This document shows positions 49,668-59,751 of a DNA stretch of 64,000 nt, piece by piece. The position numbers and the translations under genes were made by a program. Each line of letters starts with the position of its first letter. The stretch's first letter is position 1. The stretch comes from Vitreimonas sp. (GTDB lineage Bacteria > Patescibacteriota > Microgenomatia > UBA1400 > PJMF01): NCBI GenBank assembly GCA_035627515.1, contig DASPLQ010000012.1, positions 714,331 to 778,330 of the forward strand. Reading direction: 5' to 3'. The notes beneath the pieces are model-generated. The model was not told the DNA's origin, ran no database searches, and saw only the letters and a program-made list of their open reading frames with translations.

Positions 49668-49806
49668 TAATAGAGTATTAACAGCTGAAAATGAGATACT
49701 TCCGTAGTTTTAATCGCTCTTGATAGACCAAGAATTAGATTTTTCCACACACACGCGCTGAGTTTCTTTTTTTCCTTATAACAGAGCCACTTTTTTGTGG
49801 TGATCT

Positions 49807-51000
49807 GTGGAATGTAACCATATGAGAAATAAATCATATAATCGGTCTGGGTACCGGTCGAGGTTTTCGACCCCTAGACGAAACTTTAATAGTAGTAAAC
49901 GACAGTCGTTTGATCCGTCAATGTTTGTCAAAAAGGCAGTGGTGCAAACCGAAGAGGTTTATACCGCTACTCACACTTTTGCAGACTTTGGTTTACATCG
50001 TCAACTGCAACGCAACATCGAAGCTCGGGGTTATTTAACTCCTACACCCATTCAAGATCAAGCCATTCCTCATTTATTGGAAGGCAGAGATTTAATTGGC
50101 TTAGCTAACACTGGCACTGGTAAAACAGCCGCCTTTTTAGTTCCTTTGATCAACAAAGTGGCTGAAAATCGTGATGAACGTGTACTGATTGTGGCACCAA
50201 CTCGTGAGTTGGCAGTGCAAATTGAGCAAGAGTACAAACAATTCTCACACAATTTGGGATTGTATTCAGCTCTGTGTATTGGTGGCGTCAGCATGTACAA
50301 CCAAATCTATAAATTGGAAAGAAATCCAGAATTTGTGATTGGAACTCCCGGTCGCTTAAAAGATTTGGAACAGCAAGGTGTATTGAGATTTAGTGACTAC
50401 AATAATATTGTGCTTGATGAAGTCGATCAAATGTTTGATATGGGTTTCATTAAAGATGTCAAATACATGATCTCTAAATTGTCACAACCTCGACAATCAT
50501 TGTTTTTTTCAGCCACGTTAACCGATGCCTTACAACAAATAATGCAAGGCTTTTTGAATAATCCAATCAAAGTCTCGGTCAAATCTCGTGAAGCTGCTCA
50601 AAACATTGATCAGGATATCGTGCGATTAAATGGCAAACCTAAATTAGAAGTCTTATATGACTTATTAGCTCAAGATGATTTTGACAAGGTTTTGGTCTTT
50701 TCACGAACTAAACGTGGGACTGAGAAACTAGCTCAATCACTGTATGACCAAGGTTTCGCTGTTGATGCCATTCATGGAAATAAAAGTCAAAATCAACGTC
50801 AACGTGCTATCGATCATTTCAAGCGTAGTCGCGTGAAGATTTTAGTTGCCACTGACGTCGCATCACGAGGCTTAGATATTGATAACGTCTCACATGTCAT
50901 TAATTTTGACCTCCCTGAAACTTATCAGGACTATATCCATCGTATCGGTCGTACCGGTCGAGCCAATAAAAAAGGCATTGCCTTAACTTTTATTGATTAA
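49807..51000 (+). CDS. DEAD-box ATP-dependent RNA helicase
   Basis: Q-motif FADFGL...PTPIQ, Walker A ANTGTGKT, DEVD (DEAD variant), SAT, and HRIGRTGR. Preceded by a leader of about 140 nt. Confidence 0.9.
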   Translation: MECNHMRNKSYNRSGYRSRFSTPRRNFNSSKRQSFDPSMFVKKAVVQTEEVYTATHTFADFGLHRQLQRNIEARGYLTPTPIQDQAIPHLLEGRDLIGLANTGTGKTAAFLVPLINKVAENRDERVLIVAPTRELAVQIEQEYKQFSHNLGLYSALCIGGVSMYNQIYKLERNPEFVIGTPGRLKDLEQQGVLRFSDYNNIVLDEVDQMFDMGFIKDVKYMISKLSQPRQSLFFSATLTDALQQIMQGFLNNPIKVSVKSREAAQNIDQDIVRLNGKPKLEVLYDLLAQDDFDKVLVFSRTKRGTEKLAQSLYDQGFAVDAIHGNKSQNQRQRAIDHFKRSRVKILVATDVASRGLDIDNVSHVINFDLPETYQDYIHRIGRTGRANKKGIALTFID

Positions 51001-51101
51001 AGTCGCAACTTACTTTCACGCAGTTAGTAGACTCCTTACCTAATTCTTGCGTTTTATTTTCAAGACTATGAAGTAGGCCAGGTAGGGTACACCTACTAAC
51101 T

Positions 51102-52439
51102 GTGATGACAAAAAAAAGTATTTTAGCAGCCGTCTTTCTTGTTTTGTGTGTGATTATTTTCAGTGGTTGGTGGTGGACGAGACCTAGTGGTAAAGTTCCA
51201 GCTCCTACTGAACCAATGGAGCTGAAAGGTGTGCCCTCTGTCAGCCCAGTCCCTTCCCCTTCGTTGTCCACCTCAGATTTTGAAAATGGAGTTGTACTGA
51301 GTACCTACAAAAAAGTAGCTATCTTAGATACTGCTGCGATCACAAAAGCTCAATACTCATTTTTAAAAAAGAACGTCCCCGTTCCTATTACTACCATTGC
51401 TGTCTATGAACTGCATTTAGAGGTACCTACGGCGACCTTGAGTGGCGTCACTTCACCGATCAAAGCTCAAGTTTTTATTCCAGTCACTCATGATAAAGTG
51501 CCCGTGATTGTGTACGGCTCAGGTACCAGTGGCCTAGCCCCTGCCTGTGCACCCTCACTTGAAAACGTGGAGAAAAGTAATATTGGTAACTATGCTAATC
51601 AAATGATTTCATTGGCTAGCTTAGGGTACTTAGTTATCTTTCCTGATTATGAAGGTTTCTTTAATCCGTCTACTACTCATCCTTATTTTGTGGCTGATTT
51701 AGAAGCCAAAGTTTTGTTGGGGAGTTTACGAGGGACACAGGTCTTTGCCGATAGTGAGGTGACAGACATTCCTACAGATTTTAAAAATGTTTTTTTGATG
51801 GGGTATTCACAAGGTGGACATGCCGCCTTGGCGGCAGCAGTTAATCGACAATGGCTGGACGACCCTAGCATAATTAAAGGTGTAATAGGCTATGCACCCG
51901 CTTTTGATGTGGTTGCTTTATTAGCAGACAGCCCTCGGTTAGCCCCCTATTTGGTGTATGCCTATCGAAAACACTATGGCATCGCAAATCAAGAACTGGA
52001 ATCAATTTTATTACCACGCCATATTTCTAACTTAGAAAATGATGTATTGAGCCATTGTATTGATACGGTATACAAGTTTTATCCTAGCCACGCCCACGAA
52101 ATATACACCACGCATTTTTGGGAGCAGTTAGTCGCCCAACAGCTAGAAAGTATCACACCAAGTTTTGCTCAGGCCTTAGCTAAAAATCAAGTCAATACCT
52201 GGTCAACTGAGGTGCCAGTGCTGATCGTTCAAGGGAGCAAAGATCCAATTGTGACTGAAAATACTCAACGTAGTAACTTACGAAAGTTCTGCCGCAAGGG
52301 CATGAGAGTTACCTATCACGCTCAGCCGCATGCCAATCACTTTCAGTCTCCCTCTCAGGGCACATTACGTTCACACTCGTGGATGCAAAAAATCTTAGCC
52401 GGGGATATTCCTGATGATTGTTTGTCCTTACCTGAATAA
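51102..52439 (+). CDS. secreted alpha/beta hydrolase, lipase-like (paralog 1)
   Basis: Signal/TM segment, GYSQGGH nucleophile elbow, and conserved Cys pairs; paralogous to the next gene. Confidence 0.6.
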   Translation: MMTKKSILAAVFLVLCVIIFSGWWWTRPSGKVPAPTEPMELKGVPSVSPVPSPSLSTSDFENGVVLSTYKKVAILDTAAITKAQYSFLKKNVPVPITTIAVYELHLEVPTATLSGVTSPIKAQVFIPVTHDKVPVIVYGSGTSGLAPACAPSLENVEKSNIGNYANQMISLASLGYLVIFPDYEGFFNPSTTHPYFVADLEAKVLLGSLRGTQVFADSEVTDIPTDFKNVFLMGYSQGGHAALAAAVNRQWLDDPSIIKGVIGYAPAFDVVALLADSPRLAPYLVYAYRKHYGIANQELESILLPRHISNLENDVLSHCIDTVYKFYPSHAHEIYTTHFWEQLVAQQLESITPSFAQALAKNQVNTWSTEVPVLIVQGSKDPIVTENTQRSNLRKFCRKGMRVTYHAQPHANHFQSPSQGTLRSHSWMQKILAGDIPDDCLSLPE

Positions 52440-52484
52440 AGTCACTTTCTTATCAATTCTTAATTCGGTTACGTTTTAATAGCT

Positions 52485-53753
52485 ATGATGCGAAAAAAGC
52501 TTTTGTTTATGGTGGTGTGTGGTTTAAGTTGTGGCCTGTTACTAGCTAGCTATTTTTATCACTCGCGCAGCGGTGGCACGGTATTGAGTTCTACCAATGA
52601 ACTGCCTTCGCCAGTCAGTGCATTTAAAGTTGAAAACGTGACTTTAAACGAAGTTGCGACGCACAACCAACAGCGAATTCAATCTGCTTATCAATTATTT
52701 CTCAGCCAAAGCGCTCCTGTATCAGCTGGGGTGACTGAATTTGAATTAAAGTACGTGGTTAAGCGGCCTAATAAACCTGACGTTCCGGCCAGTGCTCAAA
52801 TTTTTGTGCCACTGGAGTTGGCAGAAGGCCCAAATCTTCTCATGATCTATGGGCCAGGTACAACCGGCTTAGATGACAGATGTGCCCCATCCACGGAAAA
52901 TCCCTTCAATCCCACCTTAGGTAATTATGAAAATCAAATGCTAACATATGCTGCTCAAGGCATCACAGTAATTATGCCTGATTATCTAGGTTTTGATACG
53001 CAACACCAATTGCAGTACTACTTCATTGCAGAGGAAGAAGCTTATAGTATGCTGAGTGCAGTACTGGCGTTTTTTGAAACACGACCTGAAGCTAGGCAGA
53101 ATGTAAGCATCTTTTTAGCGGGCTATTCTCAGGGCGGTCATTCAGCTTTTGCGGCTGCAGATTACGCTCAACAGCTCACCCCCGAACTTAAAATCGCCGG
53201 CGTGGTTGGTCACGGCCCGACAACCAATGTTGAAAACTTATTGCACTCGAACCCTAATTTAGCACCCTATGTGATAAGTGCCTATGACGATTTCTATCCG
53301 CAATTGGAGCCTGAAAAAATTATTAATGCACAACGTTTGGCCAGCTTAAATTCAGCTGAAAAAATATGTGCTGATGAAGGTTTCGGTTATGACTCAGTGG
53401 CCTTGTCCCAGATGTACACCAGTGACTTTTTTCAAGCTTTAGAAGCTCATCAGGTAGCTGAGCGCTTTCCACAGGAATATTCATTATTTAGTAGTAATAA
53501 TGCTGGCAGAAGCTTTTCAAAATACCCGGTATTTCTAGCCCAGGGCACTAACGATCCAATTGTAACAAAAGATGACCAGGATGGCTTTGTGAGTGATTTG
53601 TGTCGCAGGGCTGTCCCAGTAACCTATTATCTCTATGAAGGTTTGCATCACTTTTTTATTAGACAGCGCTCATTTGTGGATACCCATACCTGGATGAAGC
53701 AAGTTGCACAAGGCGCTCATTCATCGGAGTGCACAACTCAGGTGCATACCTAG
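52485..53753 (+). CDS. secreted alpha/beta hydrolase, lipase-like (paralog 2)
   Basis: GYSQGGHSA plus shared blocks (YG.GT.GL...CAPS.EN, GNYENQM, PDY.GF) with the 51102 gene. Confidence 0.6.
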   Translation: MMRKKLLFMVVCGLSCGLLLASYFYHSRSGGTVLSSTNELPSPVSAFKVENVTLNEVATHNQQRIQSAYQLFLSQSAPVSAGVTEFELKYVVKRPNKPDVPASAQIFVPLELAEGPNLLMIYGPGTTGLDDRCAPSTENPFNPTLGNYENQMLTYAAQGITVIMPDYLGFDTQHQLQYYFIAEEEAYSMLSAVLAFFETRPEARQNVSIFLAGYSQGGHSAFAAADYAQQLTPELKIAGVVGHGPTTNVENLLHSNPNLAPYVISAYDDFYPQLEPEKIINAQRLASLNSAEKICADEGFGYDSVALSQMYTSDFFQALEAHQVAERFPQEYSLFSSNNAGRSFSKYPVFLAQGTNDPIVTKDDQDGFVSDLCRRAVPVTYYLYEGLHHFFIRQRSFVDTHTWMKQVAQGAHSSECTTQVHT

Positions 53754-53756
53754 TCA

Positions 53757-54836
53757 TTAAGATTTGCCTTTGACGTGTGTATCAAAGAACTCAATGGAGC
53801 GTTGCATCGCGCGTGAAAAATTTTGAGATAAGTTGTGATCATCACCAGGATAAATGAATACTTCCACGGGTTTGCCAACTGCCTCTAATTGAGTGCCTAG
53901 TTTTTCTGAGAACTCAACGGGAACGGAATCATCGTCGGTGCCATGGTGTAACTGTACGGGTCCAGAAATTTGATTTAAAAAAGTGGTAGAGGAAATTGAG
54001 TTCCAGAACTGGGGATTTTGCTCTGGAGAACCATACTCACCGACTAAAGCATCTCGCCAACGTCGAGAGGTACCAGAAGGTGGGGGTAGTGCAGGTGCCC
54101 GCCGCCGCCAGTTACTTAGTAAGTCAGGATATGACGCTACCACCCCAGCCCAAATCACTCCAGCTTTAATATCTTGGGTAACCACCATCGATCGCAAAGT
54201 AATATGCCCACCCATGGAATGGCCCCACATACCCAGGCGATTACCATCAACATCAGGGTGTTTTTTGAGAGAAGCCACAGCATTTAAGATATCAATAGTA
54301 TAGTCATTGGAACCGTAGCCACCTTCGGCGGTGCCTTCTGAACTGCCATGGCCGCGGTAATCAGGTCGTAACAAAATGTAGCCATTTCGTGAGAAGCCAT
54401 CAGTGTAGGCCACATAGCGCTCAGTAGTACGGTATTGATCAGGAGGAATATAGCCATGATTAAAAACTATCGTAGGCCAACCTGAAGCAGGTTTTTCACC
54501 ATTGGGAATAGTAAGCAGAGCGTAAATTTTCAAACCTTCTGATAGGTATGACACCCGATAGCGTTGGTAGTTACTACCAGGAGAAAGTTTTTCTTCAATC
54601 ACGAACTCACTACCGGGATAGCTGCCTTTTTGAAGAGCTTCAATACTGAGTGGGTGAAGTGTTGTCTCAGCGGGGAGCGGAGTCTCTATACTTTCATTCA
54701 AATTTTCGTTACTATCAGTTAAGAGCGAAGTGTTGGAAACACCACTAGGAGTTTTTTGGCTTTGCCAAGCGAAGGTCATCCCAGCGATAAGGATGATGCC
54801 AATTAACACCAGAAAAAAGGTGGTTCTTTTCGACAT
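53757..54836 (-). CDS. alpha/beta hydrolase (peptidase S9 / dienelactone-hydrolase-like), membrane-anchored
   Basis: N-terminal TM segment, GHSMGGH nucleophile elbow, and HHGTDDDSVP (Asp/His region). Confidence 0.65.
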   Translation of the reverse strand: MSKRTTFFLVLIGIILIAGMTFAWQSQKTPSGVSNTSLLTDSNENLNESIETPLPAETTLHPLSIEALQKGSYPGSEFVIEEKLSPGSNYQRYRVSYLSEGLKIYALLTIPNGEKPASGWPTIVFNHGYIPPDQYRTTERYVAYTDGFSRNGYILLRPDYRGHGSSEGTAEGGYGSNDYTIDILNAVASLKKHPDVDGNRLGMWGHSMGGHITLRSMVVTQDIKAGVIWAGVVASYPDLLSNWRRRAPALPPPSGTSRRWRDALVGEYGSPEQNPQFWNSISSTTFLNQISGPVQLHHGTDDDSVPVEFSEKLGTQLEAVGKPVEVFIYPGDDHNLSQNFSRAMQRSIEFFDTHVKGKS

Positions 54837-54887
54837 GGATTATGCTTTACATTGTAAACTATAGTAGGTTATTTCACAAAGGTAAAT

Positions 54888-55193
54888 ATGACATTTCGCG
54901 ATAAAATTTATGAGCTTTGCCGACAAATACCTCAGGGGCGGGTAGCTACTTATGGTCAGTTAGCAATTATGGCGGGAAGTCCTCGCGCCGCGCGAGCGGT
55001 CGGAATGTGTATGCAGAGTAATCCAGATGCTCCACAAACACCCTGCCATCGAGTGGTAGCAAGTGATGGTTCATTACATGGATACTCGGCTGGTGATGGT
55101 ATTCCTACCAAAAAAGCGATGTTGATAACTGAAGGTGTGATATTTAAAGGTGATAAAGTTGATTTAAGCCGCTCTCAATGGAGCCCATCTTGA
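54888..55193 (+). CDS. MGMT-family protein (methylated-DNA-protein-cysteine methyltransferase DNA-binding domain only)
   Basis: IPQGRVATYGQLA and the PCHRVV active-site Cys motif; 101 aa with no N-terminal domain. Confidence 0.75.
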   Translation: MTFRDKIYELCRQIPQGRVATYGQLAIMAGSPRAARAVGMCMQSNPDAPQTPCHRVVASDGSLHGYSAGDGIPTKKAMLITEGVIFKGDKVDLSRSQWSPS

Positions 55194-55771
55194 AAGATCT
55201 TTCCCTAAAAAGTGCTAGCTTAATATCATTAGTTTTAATAGGCAGTACTGCTATAGTCTTGTGGCTGATGAATCGTGTCGTTTACTGCACTTGTGGTTAT
55301 ATTAAGTTATGGCAAAGTAATTCTTGGAGCTCAGAAAACTCACAACACCTTTTGGATTGGTATACCCTTTCGCATGTGATTCACGGCTTTATTTTTTATT
55401 GGTTGTTGCAAAGATTTGTTCCCAAATGGTCGATCGGCACCAAGATGTTGATGGCTTTGATGATCGAAATTGTCTGGGAGATTTGGGAGAACACTGAGTT
55501 TGTGATTTCTCGTTATCGTGAAGTAACAGCCTCACTCCATTATGATGGTGATAGCATTGTTAACTCTGTGTCAGACATTTTAGCGTGTTTGGTGGGTTTC
55601 TGGTTGGCACGTACATTACCGTGGTGGCAAGCTATGCTAGTAGTCATAATCATGGAAATTGGTGCTGCCTTAATCATCCGTGATAACTTAACACTCAACG
55701 TTTTGATGCTGATTTATCCCTGGCAGCTCATCAAAAATTGGCAGTTAGAATTAGCTCCGCCTCTCCCATAA
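55178..55771 (+). CDS. UPF0314/DUF2585-like membrane protein
   Basis: CTCGYIKLWQSNSWSSENSQHLLDWYTLSHVIHGF resembles the UPF0314 signature; 4-5 TM helices. Confidence 0.5.
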   Translation: MEPILKDLSLKSASLISLVLIGSTAIVLWLMNRVVYCTCGYIKLWQSNSWSSENSQHLLDWYTLSHVIHGFIFYWLLQRFVPKWSIGTKMLMALMIEIVWEIWENTEFVISRYREVTASLHYDGDSIVNSVSDILACLVGFWLARTLPWWQAMLVVIIMEIGAALIIRDNLTLNVLMLIYPWQLIKNWQLELAPPLP

Positions 55772-55807
55772 AGCCCAGCAAATGATCTATTTTGATATAA
55801 TTTAGAA

Positions 55808-57472
55808 ATGGCATTTGAAAATCGTGGCCGGTTTTTGCAAGAGTTTGGTCCCCAGGTAGTAATGTATACCTCTGGCGGTGAGCCAGTGGAGTTACAGTAC
55901 CATCGTGATTTAGCCACCCGAGATTTTACGGTTATTAGCTTGTGGTCATTGCTCTCGGCGTATGGGCAATCGGTGGTAGCGATGAAGGAAATCGACACAA
56001 CAGAGCTTGAAGAGCCTGAACATTTTGATCTTCTGTATGAAGAGCTCATACGGGAAATAGAGAATTACTTCGAGTTAATTACCGAGATGCCTGAATATGA
56101 AGGAGTGGCTTATCCTCGAATGTATCAGTTGGCACATGGAGGTGGTTTACCTTATTTATTAATGGAAGTGTTTGCCACTACCTTTGATAAAAAATATAAG
56201 CTCAATTACATTCCTCGGATTATTCCCGCGACTGGTGCTTTGCTTCAAAAGCGTTTAACCACCTTTATTAGATTGTGCTGGGCAATTGATATTTTTCACC
56301 GTCACGGGTACGTGCTTGATGACATAAAACCCTCCAACGCAGCTATTCAAAATAGTCCAGAAAAAAATGTGTATCCTTTTGATTTTGCGACCTTGAGGAA
56401 ACAAAGCGACAAAGAAGTCATTGGCTACACTCCCGACTATAAACCTGAACTTAAAGATTTTACTTTACAAGATTTTCAGCCAGTGGCTGCCGATGCGTAC
56501 TCATTAGTGGCAATTCTGTATGAAATGATCACTGGACATAACCATACTCCCCTGACATCATTTTTTGGTTTTAACCCGGGTTTTAAAAAAGAAGAGTTGG
56601 TTGATGATTTATATAAAAGCAAAGCATTGCGGGAGCTCATTATTAACACTCAAAAGCTGGACATAGATCAAGCAGAACAATACTTAACCCAGGTCATTGG
56701 CGAGTTCTTCTTTGAGATCTTAGATGAACACTGTTTTGCTTCACTGCATCAGTCGTTGACTGTAGAAAAGTTGGTTGTTTTACTTGGAGAGTTACTTAAC
56801 TTTAGAGTAGACTTTACCCAAGAACCATGGTCACCGACGTGGGAGAAATCTGCTGACCAGACTGCGCTTCTATCACGTTTGTTAACAGTGCTGCTACTGT
56901 TATCTTCATTGACTGTCTTACGCTTTAGTGAAAATCAAGGTGAGCATCGTTATCAACCTACTGTTAGGGAGCTTGAAATAGAAAGTAATGCTATCCCTGA
57001 GCTTTTTCAAGGTTTATCTGAAGTTGAAGGTGAGATAGTGAGGCTGATGGGAAGGGAAGAAGTTACCATTTCTCATAAGCAAGGGGTGACAGGCACCTTA
57101 ATTGAAGTAATGCCGACATTTGATGACAGCGCCATTGAAGACAGTTTCCTAAAAGTAATGTTGACGGAGAGAGAAGTGGGAGTGATTGCTTTGACAATGT
57201 ATTCCAATCACCCTCAGGAAGGATATTTAGTTCAAACCAATAATTTTTTTACTCAATTACAATCAGGGCAAAGTACCGATATTACCTTGGAGTTACATTT
57301 GTACCCGGTGGGCGCTATTCCTGATCCGGAACTAGACACCGTTTATCGTATCAAGTTAATAGCTGGTATCAACTATGATGGCACACGATGGTGGGAATAT
57401 GTCGATTTCGATCGGAGTAGTAATGATGCGGTTGGTTTTGGTTTCTCATTACCGGCAAATCGAAACCGTTAA
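55808..57472 (+). CDS. eukaryotic-like Ser/Thr protein-kinase-domain protein with a C-terminal domain of unknown function
   Basis: VAMK (beta3 Lys60), catalytic-loop variant HRHGYVLDDIKPSN (Asp172), DFA in place of DFG (192-194), KPE for APE, and SDAYSLVAILYEMITG (subdomain IX). About 270 aa of C-terminus unassigned. Confidence 0.6.
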   Translation: MAFENRGRFLQEFGPQVVMYTSGGEPVELQYHRDLATRDFTVISLWSLLSAYGQSVVAMKEIDTTELEEPEHFDLLYEELIREIENYFELITEMPEYEGVAYPRMYQLAHGGGLPYLLMEVFATTFDKKYKLNYIPRIIPATGALLQKRLTTFIRLCWAIDIFHRHGYVLDDIKPSNAAIQNSPEKNVYPFDFATLRKQSDKEVIGYTPDYKPELKDFTLQDFQPVAADAYSLVAILYEMITGHNHTPLTSFFGFNPGFKKEELVDDLYKSKALRELIINTQKLDIDQAEQYLTQVIGEFFFEILDEHCFASLHQSLTVEKLVVLLGELLNFRVDFTQEPWSPTWEKSADQTALLSRLLTVLLLLSSLTVLRFSENQGEHRYQPTVRELEIESNAIPELFQGLSEVEGEIVRLMGREEVTISHKQGVTGTLIEVMPTFDDSAIEDSFLKVMLTEREVGVIALTMYSNHPQEGYLVQTNNFFTQLQSGQSTDITLELHLYPVGAIPDPELDTVYRIKLIAGINYDGTRWWEYVDFDRSSNDAVGFGFSLPANRNR

Positions 57473-57508
57473 ATTGAATCCTGATCAGTTTTGTGACATT
57501 ATACGGGT

Positions 57509-58096
57509 ATGAAAGAAATTTTAGGCTTATTAGCTACTGCTATTGCATTAGCAGGATACATTCCCTACTTTAGAGACATTTGGGCTGGGCGGACGAAGCC
57601 GCATGCTTTTTCGTGGCTGGTATGGGGCATCTTGACTGCAATTGGATTTTTTAGCCAGATTTCAGATGGTGCTGGTCCGGGTGCCTGGGTGACTGGTTTT
57701 ACGGCGTTGGTGTGTGTCTTCATTTTCTCAGCAGCTTTAAAAAACGGCCGCAAAGATATTACAGCATTAGATTGGATGAGCTTGGTTGGGGCGATTTTTG
57801 CCCTGATCTGTTGGTGGGTGACCAAAACTGCATTTTTATCAGTGCTATTGATTAGTCTAATTGATTTATTAGGTTTGGTTCCCACAGTTCGCAAGTCATA
57901 TTACAAACCTTATGAAGAAACGTTGATCACCTACGTACTGAGTGGTTTTAAATTTGTGTTGGCCATAGCGGCACTGGAAAAAATGTCGTTTATCACCGCT
58001 TTCTACCCCGCCAGTTTAATTTTTAGTAACTTCTTTTTTGTGACCCTGCTCGTTATTCGACGTCGTGCCCTTGTTGCCCTAGCTGATGCCAAATAG
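57509..58096 (+). CDS. hypothetical membrane protein (195 aa)
   Basis: Five or six hydrophobic helices. Confidence 0.4.
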   Translation: MKEILGLLATAIALAGYIPYFRDIWAGRTKPHAFSWLVWGILTAIGFFSQISDGAGPGAWVTGFTALVCVFIFSAALKNGRKDITALDWMSLVGAIFALICWWVTKTAFLSVLLISLIDLLGLVPTVRKSYYKPYEETLITYVLSGFKFVLAIAALEKMSFITAFYPASLIFSNFFFVTLLVIRRRALVALADAK

Positions 58097-59192
58097 AGTC
58101 ATTATTTTCGATGCTGATGGCGTAGTGATAATACCTGAGCGTAAGTTCAGCCAAACCTTGTGTGAGGAACTTTCACTGACCCCCGCTGATACGGCTGCCT
58201 TTTTTAGTGGTCCATTTCTAGAGTGTTTAGTAGGGAAAGCTGATTTAAAGCAAGAGTTAGAGCCATACTTAAAGAAGTGGGGTTGGAGCAAGAGTAGTGA
58301 AGAGTTTTTATCGTGGTGGTTTGACTCTGAAGCGATAGTGAATCAGGTGATCATAAATGAAGTGGAACGGTTGCGGAGCCGAGGTTTTACAGTGTGTTTA
58401 GCCACCAACCAAGAACAGTATCGAACTAATTATTTAAAAAATGAGATGGGTTTAGGCACTCATTTTGATCACATTTTTAGTTCAGCGGAACTGGGTGTAA
58501 GAAAACCACAACGGGCTTTTTTTGAGCGAATTGCAGAACATTTTTCAATTTCTGATCCGTCACAGTTACTGTTGATTGATGACACAGCAGAAAATGTGAA
58601 AGCTGCTCATCAAGCGGGTTGGAAAGCTCACTTTTACCAGAACAATGAGAGTACTCTGCGTGCCCTAAATGATGTATTGGATAGACCAGTGACACTCAGT
58701 ATCTATGCACACCAACCATCCACGCCGCTCTCTATCCGAACACTGTGTTTTTTGCTTAGAGAGAATCAGGTGTTACTAGGATTGAAGAAAAAAGGTTTTG
58801 GGCAGGGTAAGTATGTAGGCATTGGCGGTAAGGTGGAAAGTGGAGAAGGTATTGAGCAGGCTGTAATTAGAGAGGTGGAAGAAGAAATTGAAGTTACGCC
58901 TACGAAGCTAATCCCCGCTGGTGTAGTTAATTTTTATTTTCCCTATCAAGATTCTCCTATCCGTTGGAATCAGCAAGGTAATATTTATTTAACTACGTCA
59001 TGGACTGGTCAAATTCAGGAGACCGCCGAGATTGCTCCTCAATGGTGGGAAATAACTGCTCTTCCCTATGATCAGATGTGGCCCGATGCAGTTTACTGGC
59101 TAGAGTTGGCTTTGCGGAGGCAGTTACAAACAGGCGTCTTTTTATACACTCAAACCCTACAGCTGGAAGAGGTAGTGCTACTTACTAGGTGA
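58086..59192 (+). CDS. HAD-superfamily hydrolase fused to a NUDIX hydrolase domain
   Basis: HAD motif I IIFDADGVV, motif II CLATNQ, motif IV LLIDDTAENV. C-terminal Nudix box GIGGKVESGEGIEQAVIREVEEEIEV. Confidence 0.7.
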   Translation: MPNRVIIFDADGVVIIPERKFSQTLCEELSLTPADTAAFFSGPFLECLVGKADLKQELEPYLKKWGWSKSSEEFLSWWFDSEAIVNQVIINEVERLRSRGFTVCLATNQEQYRTNYLKNEMGLGTHFDHIFSSAELGVRKPQRAFFERIAEHFSISDPSQLLLIDDTAENVKAAHQAGWKAHFYQNNESTLRALNDVLDRPVTLSIYAHQPSTPLSIRTLCFLLRENQVLLGLKKKGFGQGKYVGIGGKVESGEGIEQAVIREVEEEIEVTPTKLIPAGVVNFYFPYQDSPIRWNQQGNIYLTTSWTGQIQETAEIAPQWWEITALPYDQMWPDAVYWLELALRRQLQTGVFLYTQTLQLEEVVLLTR

Positions 59193-59751
59193 GGGTAGCC
59201 CGGGAGCGGCGCCAGCGCAACTGCAGTTTTCTTATTTCAACCAAGAGATACGCGATGATAACGTACTCTACAAAGCGGATACCAATTACTTGAAATAAGG
59301 AGGGTCGATCGATAACCTTACCGCTGGCATCTACACAGCGGAAATCTTGAGTAATATCGGTTCGGCCAGGCAAGGGATGAGTGACATCTACCTCGCGGCT
59401 AATCACTGTCGCTGGTGGACAGAGCCATCTGAGTGGATAGTTGAGCACAAAATTACCAGGCTGATCAATGGCCATACCCATCAAAGCATAGAAACAAATC
59501 AAAGCACCTTTGGTAAAACTATCAATTGCTCCGGAATGAGGCTGGGAAGTTTTATCGGGTAATGAAACTGACCCGACCACTGCCAACCAACCCACGCCAA
59601 TAATAATGAGTGAAGCCAACCCCTCTACATTTGCTAACAAGAAAAAACTAAAGATAATGCTGCCAATAAAACCACACAGCCCTGCCACTAAAAGAATAAT
59701 CCACACTATAGAAGGTGCACCAGACAACCATTTTCCCAGTTTGTTCATCAT
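59185..59751 (-). CDS. hypothetical membrane protein (188 aa)
   Basis: Two N-terminal TM helices and a C-terminal TM helix. Confidence 0.4.
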   Translation of the reverse strand: MMNKLGKWLSGAPSIVWIILLVAGLCGFIGSIIFSFFLLANVEGLASLIIIGVGWLAVVGSVSLPDKTSQPHSGAIDSFTKGALICFYALMGMAIDQPGNFVLNYPLRWLCPPATVISREVDVTHPLPGRTDITQDFRCVDASGKVIDRPSLFQVIGIRFVEYVIIAYLLVEIRKLQLRWRRSRATLT

